A DNA stretch of 64,000 nt from an uncultured Acidimicrobiales bacterium (GCA_963793385.1 CAWCAF010000035.1:54322-118321); one strand, 5' to 3'; shown: positions 11,029-20,721, counted from the first letter of the stretch. Notes: generated by a model from the sequence alone, not told the origin. Numbers and translations are program-made.

Positions 11029-12357
11029 TCAAAAGGACGTGCTACCTAGAAGAACCCGAAGCAGTTCGGGATCCGGAGAGTGCACAAGCGGGTGTGTGGA
11101 ATGTCGCCGAAGCAGAATGCCTCGACGGCCCACAACCTTGCTCAAATGGTGCTCCCAACGCCCGTCTACAAGCGCTGCGCCGTTGTCATACGCATCGTGG
11201 AGAAGATGCGAGAAGACGTCCTCGAGATAGGGATCCTTGCCACCAATCTGCAGGACCCGCGAGATGCTTCCACGTCCGAGCAGGTAGAGGTACCACCCGC
11301 AGATCACACCCTCGTCGTCTCGAAAGAGGGCGCCCCTCAGCTCTCCCTTCCCCACCCGGCCCAGCGCGTCGAACTCCCACTTGAGGAAGTCCTCGTCATA
11401 TGCCGGCTTCAGGACCGTGTCTCCCGAAAGCGTCGAGATCGCTTCAACAAGCGTACGTGGCACAAGCGTCTCGGCAACAAGTGTCGAGCGTGCAGGCAAC
11501 AACCAGCGCGACCCTTTGCTCAACACTCTGTCGGCCAGTATCGCCAGCCCTTTCGACCGTTCGCCCAAGGCACGTTTTTCGAGAGAATAGCTATGGGCGA
11601 AGGTCATCGGGCGCATGACGACGGTCCATCGCCGGGCCCGCTCGTCCACCCGTTGACCTCCCAACCCGGTCCACATCTCACGACCCAGATCGGTGGCGCC
11701 ATCGGTGATACTGAAATCCTGAGGACCAGCGAGGTAGCGCTCCATCAGAAAGGCTCCGATACCGAACTTCCGAGATTCAGGGTCGACAATCAGTGGACCC
11801 GAACAGCCCATGCGGACTTGTGATCCCTTGTACTCGAACAACCGCGTATTCGAACCGATGAAGCCGATCAGCCTTCCGGTCTGGTCACTTGCGATCAACG
11901 CTGGAATCCCGGGATCGGCCTGAGGATGATCAAAGAAGAGTTCGGAAAGGAAATCCGCCAAAACATCGGCGGAACCTGACCTCTTGGTCACCTTCACCAG
12001 CAGCGCCGCCACCTCAGGAAGGTCGTCACGCTTCATAGGCTTTATCTCACCACCACCGGGCAGCGGGAACGCGGCCAGCGGTTCAGTGGGCGAGTCCGGC
12101 TCGACCGACTCGTCACGCACCGACACGAGACGAGCCAAACTGACGGCCGTGCGCAGGTCATCGAACTCCAGCGAATGTAATGGGATCTCGACGCCGAACG
12201 CCGACTCCAGTTCTGCCATCACCTCGATCAATCCGAGCGAATCAAGGGTTCCCGAGTCGAGTAGATCGACATCTGCCGAGGAGATGTCCACGCCCAGCTT
12301 GGCCTCGAGGATACCGATGACCCGGCCGACGGTCTCGGAGTTCGCGGGATCAGACAT
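11029..12357 (-). CDS. Carrier protein (phosphopantetheine attachment) fused to a GNAT-like acyltransferase domain
   Basis: Intact 442 aa. The N-terminal ACP motif is LLDSGTLDSLGLIEVMAELE. The C-terminal ~330 aa have GNAT-like segments (RLIGFIGS..; GIGAFLMERYL). The start overlaps the stop of the adenylation gene by 8 nt. Confidence 0.65.
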   Translation of the reverse strand: MSDPANSETVGRVIGILEAKLGVDISSADVDLLDSGTLDSLGLIEVMAELESAFGVEIPLHSLEFDDLRTAVSLARLVSVRDESVEPDSPTEPLAAFPLPGGGEIKPMKRDDLPEVAALLVKVTKRSGSADVLADFLSELFFDHPQADPGIPALIASDQTGRLIGFIGSNTRLFEYKGSQVRMGCSGPLIVDPESRKFGIGAFLMERYLAGPQDFSITDGATDLGREMWTGLGGQRVDERARRWTVVMRPMTFAHSYSLEKRALGERSKGLAILADRVLSKGSRWLLPARSTLVAETLVPRTLVEAISTLSGDTVLKPAYDEDFLKWEFDALGRVGKGELRGALFRDDEGVICGWYLYLLGRGSISRVLQIGGKDPYLEDVFSHLLHDAYDNGAALVDGRWEHHLSKVVGRRGILLRRHSTHPLVHSPDPELLRVLLGSTSF

Positions 12358-13927
12358 CGGCTTCCTCGAAAGACTCGCGAATGGCCCGTCGGTCTATCTT
12401 GCCGTTCGCGTTCTTGGGGAGCGTCTCGTAGGACCGCCAACGGACCGGAATCATGTATCGCGGGAGCGTCGACGCCAGCTGTTTGCGAAGTGTCAGGACT
12501 GCTTCGTCGAACTCAAGAGCGACGCCGGTATAGGCACACGCCACTACCTTGCCAGCGTCGGAGTCGTCGACACCGACGACTGCACACTCCTTCACCATCT
12601 CGATCGCATCCATGGCGGCCTCGATTTCGCCCAGCTCGATCCGGTAGCCCCTGCTCTTGATTTGTGAGTCTGACCGACCGAGCAGATAGAGCTGACCGTC
12701 AGACCCGACGCGGGCGAGGTCACCGGTGCGGTACAACCGATTCCCCCCGCTGTCGAGAAAGAAGGCGGCGTTGGTCTTCTCTGTGTCCCGCCAGTAGCCG
12801 GCGGACAGGCCAACACCCCCGATGACGAGATTGCCAACGTCGCCGTCGGGCGTCTGAGCGTTGTCGTCGTCGAGGATCTGCAGGGTCTCACCGGGACAGG
12901 CGACGCCGATTGGAATGGGACTCGTCGGGCTGGCGGGCGGTTCGTCAAGTGTGTAGAAGCTTGATGCGATGGTGGCCTCGGTCGGGCCGTACAGATTGGT
13001 GAATCGGACTCGCGGCAGCCGCTCCATCAGGTATTGAAGAGTCGGCGTCGGCATCATCTCACCGCACCAGAGAAGGCGGGTGAGAGATGGAAACTCGGCT
13101 CGGTCCATGGCACCGGACCGCATCATGAGCGTGAGGATGGAGGGCACGCTGAACCATTGGTTGAGTTCGCTATTCCGTATGAAGTCGACCAGCTTGCCCG
13201 GCAGCAGGTTGAGAGTGGATGGCACAAGATGCAGTTCCGCACCAGCGCCGATCGTTGAGTAAATGTCGAACGTGGAGAGATCGAAATGGAGCGGCGGATG
13301 ACCTGAGACGCGCTCTCCTGGGCAGGTACCGAAATAGTTGGTCGCCCAGTCAACGAAGTGACAGACGTTTTCGTGACTGATGACCACACCTTTCGGATCG
13401 CCTGTTGACCCGGACGTGTAGAGCAGGTGCGCAGGATCGGAAGGGGCGGCGGGGCTTGTCACCTGATCCGGATCGCTTCGAACGACATCGTCGTGCTCGA
13501 ACTCGAGGGGTAGGCCGACGACACCGGGTTCAAGCGCCCCGATACGAAGCGACCCATCGACACCTGGTTGGTTGAGTACGTCAGCCAACAACCCGGCACC
13601 GGCCGAAGTGGTCAACACGAAGGCCGGATCGGAGGATGCGAAGATCCGGGCGAGCCTTGGCGCTGGAGCGGAGATGTCGACGGGAACGTAAACGGCCCCG
13701 GCCTTGAGTACCGCGAGAAACGCCGTGATCGCGCGAGGGCTCTTCGGTGAGAAGACCACTACTCGATCATTGGAGCGGCACCCAGCTGCAACCAACGTTC
13801 GAGCCAGGGAATTACTCTGCTGGTCGAGCTCCTCGTAGCTCAGCACAACATCGCCCGCCACGATCGCCCGAGCCGAAGGCTGCTGCTTGGCCGTATGAAG
13901 GAACCGGTCCTGGATGAGGCCTGTCAT
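12350..13927 (-). CDS. Stand-alone amino-acid adenylation enzyme (ANL superfamily, DltA-like size)
   Basis: Intact 525 aa with A-domain core motifs (LLYTSGSTGDPKGV, NLYGPTEAT, YRTGDLAR, GRSDSQIKSRGYRIELGEIE, LPKNANGKIDR). An ATGA overlap links it to the upstream LLM gene. Confidence 0.85.
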   Translation of the reverse strand: MTGLIQDRFLHTAKQQPSARAIVAGDVVLSYEELDQQSNSLARTLVAAGCRSNDRVVVFSPKSPRAITAFLAVLKAGAVYVPVDISAPAPRLARIFASSDPAFVLTTSAGAGLLADVLNQPGVDGSLRIGALEPGVVGLPLEFEHDDVVRSDPDQVTSPAAPSDPAHLLYTSGSTGDPKGVVISHENVCHFVDWATNYFGTCPGERVSGHPPLHFDLSTFDIYSTIGAGAELHLVPSTLNLLPGKLVDFIRNSELNQWFSVPSILTLMMRSGAMDRAEFPSLTRLLWCGEMMPTPTLQYLMERLPRVRFTNLYGPTEATIASSFYTLDEPPASPTSPIPIGVACPGETLQILDDDNAQTPDGDVGNLVIGGVGLSAGYWRDTEKTNAAFFLDSGGNRLYRTGDLARVGSDGQLYLLGRSDSQIKSRGYRIELGEIEAAMDAIEMVKECAVVGVDDSDAGKVVACAYTGVALEFDEAVLTLRKQLASTLPRYMIPVRWRSYETLPKNANGKIDRRAIRESFEEADV

Positions 13928-14997
13928 CGGGACTCCGAGGCAAATTCCGTCGAGGCGTCGGCGGCCATGTTTATGGCCCTGGTAGCGTGCTCAATGTCAT
14001 TCATGTCGACGGGAATATCCAGAATGAAAGTTCCGTAGCCGGCGGTGATATATCGGCCGATTTCGGGCACTACCTCGTCGAAGCTTCCGACGAGATACGG
14101 ACAAAAGGTGTTGTAGTTACGGAAGGGGTGGAGCCAATAGACACCCGCATCACCAGCTTCACTCAGTTGCTGGTGCCACTGGGAGTCGGATGTTTTCATG
14201 GCCATGGCGTGGGCCATTTGGCCCTTGCGATCCTCAGGGAATCGACCGAAAGCGATCTCCCACGCGTCTTCGGAACGATCACGTGCAATGATCCCGATTC
14301 TGATCCCGCAAGGGACCGCAGCGCCGTTCATATCGTCCTCGACACCTGGCGGACCGGGATATCGGATGGCCGTCGCGCCGATGCCCTCGGCGGCGTGCAT
14401 GCCAGCGTCTGACGAGCCTGAAATCAGGAACGTTGTCCGAATGCCGTCGGGCATCGGAGGCTTCAACGACAGTCCTTCGAGCTGAAAGAAGTGACCGTCC
14501 TGTGTGATGGATTCGCCGTCGAGCAGCCGCCTCATAATCGTTGCATACTCCTCGGCCCGGGCGTAGCGGTCGTCGTGCGGCGTGGTGTCGCCCAGCGCTT
14601 TCAGATCGTTTCGAAAACCTCCAGCCACGATGTTCACATCAGTGGCCCGACCGTGCATCAACGCCAAGCTGGCGATCTTCTTGGCCGCTGCGTAGGGGTG
14701 CATGTAGGCCGACTGAACGGCGACGAGGGGCCGTAGTTTCGAAGTGAAGCCCATCACCGAGTGAGCGATCAACCATGGATCGATGAGACTGTTATCGGTA
14801 TATATGAGGGTCCCGACGCACCCGGCTGCCTCACTCCAAGTCGCCGCCTCATGAACCATCGTGAGGTAGTCGGAACCTTCACTAGGTGCGTCCGACGACT
14901 TCGGACACGTCGAATAGATCTGTATTGTCAAGCCCGTTCCCACGCTTTCTGTAGAGGCCACCCTGTCGATTTTAGCATGGACCCCATCAACTACCAA
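13924..14997 (-). CDS. Luciferase-like (LLM-class) flavin-dependent monooxygenase
   Basis: Intact ORF with LLM-like segments (IYSTCP.., LRPLVAVQSAYMHPY, NIVAGGF). The true start is probably the internal TTG at 14931 (MTIQIYSTCP), by comparison with the paralogous fragment at 18256. Confidence 0.7.
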   Translation of the reverse strand: MVVDGVHAKIDRVASTESVGTGLTIQIYSTCPKSSDAPSEGSDYLTMVHEAATWSEAAGCVGTLIYTDNSLIDPWLIAHSVMGFTSKLRPLVAVQSAYMHPYAAAKKIASLALMHGRATDVNIVAGGFRNDLKALGDTTPHDDRYARAEEYATIMRRLLDGESITQDGHFFQLEGLSLKPPMPDGIRTTFLISGSSDAGMHAAEGIGATAIRYPGPPGVEDDMNGAAVPCGIRIGIIARDRSEDAWEIAFGRFPEDRKGQMAHAMAMKTSDSQWHQQLSEAGDAGVYWLHPFRNYNTFCPYLVGSFDEVVPEIGRYITAGYGTFILDIPVDMNDIEHATRAINMAADASTEFASESR

Positions 14998-15588
14998 GGT
15001 GCAGGGTCATCAGATAATGGGTTGCACGTAGGGCATCTTACCACCCGTTGAACAGGCGCGAATGGTTACAAAAGTCTCTCCAACCAAGTCGACCTTATGA
15101 CCGTGATTAAGGTCTGCGGTTGGAAGCACACGGACGTCTCGCTTCGTGGAGCCGGCGTTCGCACTCACAGCTCTTCGCCTGGCATACCTGACACTCAGCG
15201 ACGCCTGCCGACTGGTCATTTCGACCGGGTCACGTGCACACGGCCGCGCTCTCGATCAAAGCGGCAGTTCTCATCGGCTTGTGCCGAGTCGGCGCTCGAA
15301 ACACAGCTGCTGATGTCTTCCGACAGCATGCTCCGACGCAACCGCAGCTGCATTCGTCTTGATTGGGTGATCGTGTGGACCACGGGAACCTCTCCCCGGA
15401 TCAGAGGCCGGTGTCGCTTCGGGTCTTTACGCAAGCGTCCAGCACACTGGTCGGCCAAGACGCCCGGTGTGGCCGCTTTGTCGACAGCCATGCGTCGACA
15501 GAGTTGGCTGCAAGGGTCCACACCGACCCCTCCCAGTGCGCTCCGATGACGTTCCGAAGACCTCCGGAACGAGCGTGATGCGGGCCCG

Positions 15589-16605
15589 CTAGAAGTCTCT
15601 ACAAACAAGAAGTTGGTCATATTTGGCAGCCTTCACATTTGATTCAATCTCACGCCAACTCTCCGAAGGACTCTTTCCATCGGACCAAGCCAATAGCATT
15701 GCCGGTACATTTGCGCCTGCTACATGAGTGAACGGATACCCACCACCGAACCGTGGATTCATCTCCAGTACGTAGACACTCTCGTGAGTGACGAAGACAT
15801 CACAGTCGAGGTTGCCCACATGCGCAAGCTTCCGCCCAATCGTCTCGCCAAGCCTTTGAAGTCGATCATCTTCAACCGTCATCGCCTGACTTGTCTCTCC
15901 TGAACGCATGCCAATCTTACGTTTCGCAAAGGTCGACACGTAGCGACCGTTCAGATCATTGATGATGTCAAGACCATATTCTTGCCCGGGCAATTTCTCC
16001 TGTATGAGGACCGATCGTTGGTGATCAGTAGCGCTCACCTCTGAGAGGATTGTTCGTTTGAGCTTCTTCCTGAGGAGTCGATAGGCCAACTCCAGCTCCT
16101 CGCAGTCCTGTGGGAACTCGATGCCAATCGAGGCAGTCCCCCATCGGGGTTTGACCACCAACGGAAAAGCAACTTCCCCTTGGGACAACGCCCTACGCGC
16201 CTCTACCACACTCAGATACGTCTTGGGGAAGGGAAGTCTCAATTCCTTCAGAAACTCAACCGTCGCCAACTTGTCAAAGCTGGCCATAACCACATCTGGT
16301 GACGACACGACAGGTATCGTGCCAATTTCGAGGAATCGATCGCGCTCCCGGGCCAATGGCAGCAACTCCAGGTCGTTCAGCGGGATCAGCAAGCGAACCT
16401 GGTGCTCCTGACAAATGGCTATTAGGCGATCAATGTAGCTCGTATCGCCGATGGCAGGAACGATGAAGGCCCTGTCTGCGACCTGTAAAGCCGGCGCATC
16501 AGCGGAAACATCGGCGGCGTATACTTCTCCCTTTTCTGGCAATGCAGACCGAAAGTATTCCACAAGGTAATTGCGGCGACCTGCACAGGTTAGGAGTACG
16601 TTCAT
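15589..16605 (-). CDS. ATP-grasp ligase
   Basis: Intact 338 aa. The sequence MNVLLTCAGRRNYLVEYF.. then ..FPLVVKPRWGTASIGI..LIQEKLPGQEYGLDI..VYVLEMNPRFGGGYP is typical of the ATP-grasp fold. G+C is markedly low. Confidence 0.75.
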   Translation of the reverse strand: MNVLLTCAGRRNYLVEYFRSALPEKGEVYAADVSADAPALQVADRAFIVPAIGDTSYIDRLIAICQEHQVRLLIPLNDLELLPLARERDRFLEIGTIPVVSSPDVVMASFDKLATVEFLKELRLPFPKTYLSVVEARRALSQGEVAFPLVVKPRWGTASIGIEFPQDCEELELAYRLLRKKLKRTILSEVSATDHQRSVLIQEKLPGQEYGLDIINDLNGRYVSTFAKRKIGMRSGETSQAMTVEDDRLQRLGETIGRKLAHVGNLDCDVFVTHESVYVLEMNPRFGGGYPFTHVAGANVPAMLLAWSDGKSPSESWREIESNVKAAKYDQLLVCRDF

Positions 16606-16674
16606 AATGAGAGAAAACTGCTCTTAGCTTCTTGCAACTGGCTTCCCGATGGCTCTCATGCGGTAGAGGCGGCG

Positions 16675-17917
16675 CTAAATAAGATACGTCGCGAACACGT
16701 CCGCAAGTTCTTCCTGTCGCTTGACGACTTCGAATTCGTCTAGTGTTGATCTATAGGCGAGTATAGGTGGGCACGGATGAATGAACGGCGGCTTCATGAC
16801 CGTGTTATAGGCACCAACATTATCAAAGATCAAGTAGTCATTCAATGTTAGAGGACCGGAGTAGCCGCTGTGAAGACAGTCATGCTCCATGCAGGTAGTG
16901 CCGACAATATCAATGAGGTCACCGGATCCGGTCGCTCCCGATCCGGCGTGTGACGAAACCACCCTCATTGGGAGGTTCCGTTTGTGTAGCGTTGGCTTCA
17001 CGTTGTGAATGCTGCCCGAGGAAAGAGCTATTGTTCGCGAACGTACGGTCTTTATATCAACTATTTTGGCTACGAATTTCATCGTATTTGCTGTAATAGC
17101 TGTACCAGGTTCGAGGATCAGCTCAGGTGCCAATTGATCAGGAAACTGGTCACGAAACAAATGAGCAATGGTTGTCGCATAGTCTTGAAAAGTCGGTATT
17201 GGTTGAGTGAATTGCTCTCGCAACGCAAATGGCACGTCGCTGAAAAATCCTCCACCCAGATTGATGAATTGAGGTAGCGTATCCGCAAAGTGATCAGAGG
17301 CCAGAGCTAACATCTTGTTCGCCCTCAAAGCATACGAATCGAGGCTCTTGTGCGAGGTTGAGAAATGGCAATGCAACCCACCGACGGTGCAGTTGTCCAG
17401 ACGACGGAGTCGGTCAAGCGCATCCTGAAAGTCGTCTCCATCGACGTCAAATCCAAATCGAGAAATATCATCGGAGGCAAGCTCAAAGTTGCAACGGACG
17501 CCAACTGTCATCTGATGCTCAGGTGATCGTTTGGCTATTGCCTCGACAATCGCTACTTCAGAGCATGAGTCCAGGTTGACTATCGAGCCAGCCAGGAGCG
17601 CCTTTTCAATATCTGGCTCGCGCTTGTAGGGACCATTGAAGATGATTCGGGATGGTATGACCCCAATACGCAGGGCCAGATCATATTCCATGACGGAGAC
17701 AACTTCAGCATAGCCACCCATAGCATTGACAGATTTGCAGAGTCTTGGCGTATAGTTCGTCTTATACGAGTACCGCGATGTTGCTCTTGGGGTATATTGA
17801 TTTGAAGGCCCCTAAGAACTCTTGATAGTTGGACTCAAACAGGTCGAGGTCGAGTAGATAGAATGCATCCCCATACGACTCTTCCAGCCCATGAAGTGAA
17901 TGCCAGGAAATACTCAT
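16675..17917 (-). CDS. PLP-dependent decarboxylase, Orn/DAP/Arg decarboxylase family (fold type III); one frameshift near 17775
   Basis: The 348-aa ORF has HCHFSTSHKS, NLGGGF and EPGTAITA. The missing N-terminus (MSISWHSL..DAFYLLDL ... YSYKTNYTPRL) lies upstream in two frames. Confidence 0.7.
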
Positions 17918-18025
17918 GCCAAGGCTTCTTTCGTGGTCGGCGATCTCATCGTGCTCGGTGGTAGTGCGCAGCTCTGAGGTCGTCCCGCAAATCCGCTGAC
18001 ACGATCTTCAAGTCTGGTGGACCGC

Positions 18026-18256
18026 CTATTCATCAGAGCCGGACTGTGCCACGAGCGGTCGCAGACCTGACCCAAAGCCCATCACCCACTCAGGACCCAG
18101 CAGCGGATCGGTAAGGCTGTTGCCGGCATCGGCGAGGGTGACGCAGCCGACTGTGTCGCGCCGGATCGCCGGATCGCGCACCGCCGAGAGGTAGCCGCTG
18201 CCTCCGATCACTGCGTCCGAGGGCGTCGGGCACGTCGAACAGATCTGCACCTTCAC
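18026..18256 (-). pseudogene. N-terminal fragment of a second LLM-class monooxygenase
   Basis: The 76-aa ORF MKVQICSTCP..GYLSAV..GCV..NSLTDP..VMGF.S.LRPLVA aligns with residues ~24-100 of the LLM at 13924..14997, then stops. Its G+C is higher than that of the neighbouring genes. Confidence 0.6.
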
Positions 18257-18365
18257 ATCGATACACCCTCTCTGGGGACCTTCGGGGACAACACTCTCAC
18301 CGGTTCCAAATCGTCGCTTCTGGCAACCTCAGCTCGATTCGCCACTTTACGTGGTCGTCCCAGAC

Positions 18366-18397
18366 TCACAATAGGTACTTGTCACAATAGGCACTTG
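18366..18397 (+). repeat. 16-bp tandem duplication (tcacaataggtacttg / tcacaataggcacttg)
   Basis: Read directly from the sequence; there is one mismatch. It lies ~100 nt inside the right island boundary. Confidence 0.8.
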
Positions 18398-18467
18398 GCA
18401 CCAGGACGTCGAGATCAGCTGTCGGCCTTCGAAGGCCTTCGTCCGCCTCGAACGGGCAACCGACGCA

Positions 18468-18704
18468 ATGACCACCGCGTTCGAGGTGAAACGGCGAGGT
18501 GAAATCGATGGTGTGGAACAGCTGTCCCGCTATCTGGAGTTCCTGAACGCCCAACCCGACCTGGCACCGGTGAGGGGTGTGTTCGCAGCTCAGTCGATCA
18601 AGCCGCAAGCAAAAGTGCTGGCCGGCTACCGAGACATCGGATGTGTCGAAGTCGACTACGACCAGCTCCGAGGGCTCGAAAAGCCACAACAAACACTCTT
18701 CTGA
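18468..18704 (+). pseudogene. Duplicated 3' part of nucS (78 codons)
   Basis: [27 protein letters not shown]...QQTLF is identical to the NucS C-terminus from RRGE onward. Confidence 0.9.
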
Positions 18705-18722
18705 CGTCCACCGTCACGATCC
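18495..18722 (+). repeat. Right copy of the perfect 228-bp direct repeat
   Basis: Identical to 9381..9608. Confidence 0.9.
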
Positions 18723-18767
18723 GGGTGCGACACTTTGATGATGCACAGCAGCGGCGAGGGTGCACGC

Positions 18768-20721
18768 ATGACGCGCCAGAGGTTGACGATTTCGCTGACC
18801 ATCGTCGTCGGTTTCGTCGCATTGGTTTGCCTGGCATGGGCCATCGATTCGGCACTGGGCGCCAACACGGTCGCTCGAAACGTGAGCGTCCACGGCGTGG
18901 ACCTCAGCGGCATGACCTCCGAAGAGGTTCGCGGGGTGGCGACGGATTTCACCACCACCTTGGCCCAGGACCCGGTCACGATCTCGGTCGAGAACACGAC
19001 CGTGGCTACCGACCTCGTTCGGCTCGGGGCCCGGGTCGATCACAAGGCGCTGGTCGGGGCGGCGTTCGAGGCCCGCACGGACGGATCGTTGCTCGGTGGT
19101 CCTTTCCGCTGGCTCACGTCGTTTCGCACCCCCGTCGAGCTCGACCTCCCCTATCTGGTCGAGGCCGACACGGTCCAGGCGGCGGTCGAGAGCTTCATCT
19201 CCCCACAGCTCGACGGCCCGCAGCAACCGTCCGTGGCGATGAGGCAGACCCGGTTCGTGACCGAACCCGGCGTCGAAGGCGTCGTCGTCGATCCGGCTCA
19301 GCTCCTCGATCGGATCGTGGGTGCAACCGGCACGCCGGGACCGCATCGATTCAGCCTCACCCCATACCCGCAACGACCTGAGCTATCACTGGACTCGGTG
19401 GGACGGGTCGCCGTCGAGTTGAACAAAGCGACCGGCGATCCTCTAGAGGTCACTGTCCTCGACCAGAAGACCCTTCTCGAGCCTGCCGATTTGCGGGACC
19501 TCATCGAGGTCGACAACACCGATGACGGCGTGTTCTGGCACGTCGACCAGAACCGAGCCGTGGAGCTACTGGGCGATCGCTTCGAACGCCTCGGCGACGA
19601 GTCGCAGCAGGCCCGCTTCATCGTCGTCCAGGATCGGCCCGAAATCGTCCCCGCCGACGAGACGGTGATCTGTTGCGACGACAAGACGGCAGCTCTGCTA
19701 CGAGCGGCGCTGCTCTCCCGTCCGGCCGCCCCGACGACCGACGACGAGAACGCCGACACCGAGGCCCCGGAGGCTATTCGTTCAGTCGAACTGATCCCGA
19801 TCGTGACCGACGGCGACAAGGGGGTTGCCGAACTGGAGGAGCTGGGGATCGTCGAGTTGGTGTCGACGTTCACCACGAGTCACCCGTGCTGTGCGAACCG
19901 GGTCGTGAACATTCAACTGTTCGCCGACACGATCCGTGGTGCGATCATCGAGCCGGGAGAGACGTTGAGTCTCAACGGCTACGTGGGCCAACGCACGAAG
20001 GAGAAGGGATATCTCCAGGCGGGAGCGATCTCGCGGGGGAATCTCGAGCCACAATACGGTGGCGGGGTCTCCCAGGTCGCCACCACTACGTTCAATACGG
20101 CGTTCTTCGCCGGTCTCGACATCGTCGAGTACCAGGCCCACTCGCTCTACTTCAGCCGATACCCGGAGGGTCGGGAGGCCACGATCTCCTACCCCCGCCC
20201 CGATCTCAAGATCGCCAACAACACCCCGTACGGAGTGTTGCTGTGGACCGAATACACCCCGACGTCGATCACGGTGTCCATGTACTCGACCAAGAACGTC
20301 GAGGTCGAGGACCTCGGAGTCTCGAGACGGGCACAGAACAAATGCCGGCGGGTCACGACGACCCGACAGCGGACATTCTCCGACGGAACCGTCACGACCG
20401 ACACCTTCTTCGCGGTGTATCGACCTGGCGAGGGGCTGGACTGCAACGGCGATCCGACCGTGCCACCCGAAACCGACGGCGAGGACCCCGTCCCCGCTGA
20501 GCCACCCGAGCAACAGCCGCCGACCACCGAACCGCCCGCCGCCGAACCCCCCACCCCCGAACCCCGACCCGAACGAACCCGAACCCCCCGCTCCCGAACC
20601 GACGCCGGAGGAACCAGCACCGCAACCACCGGCCGATCCCCAGCCCCAGGATCCAGCCGATGGGGCATCAGACCCTGCTCTCGAGGTACAACCGGGTGAT
20701 GGCTCCGACGCTGCGGGGTGA
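18768..20721 (+). CDS. VanW-domain protein with an N-terminal membrane anchor and a Pro-rich C-terminal tail (one frame change in the tail)
   Basis: The TM segment is LTISLTIVVGFVALVCLAWAI. The VanW core is YGGGVSQVATTTFNTAFFAGLDIVEYQAHSLYFSRYPEGREATI. The PEPxP-type tail continues in ORF 20059..20721 after C-rich runs near 20550. Confidence 0.75.

Noticed and set aside
15216-15620. 134-aa ORF inside the island gap
   Set aside because: It is Arg/Ser-rich, overlaps the ATP-grasp 3' end, and has no motif or plausible RBS.
9609-18494. Search for an integrase, excisionase or relaxase inside the island
   Set aside because: None of the ORFs shows tyrosine- or serine-recombinase or relaxase motifs. 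Only a transposase C-terminal remnant is present, so the island is not called an integrative element or ICE.
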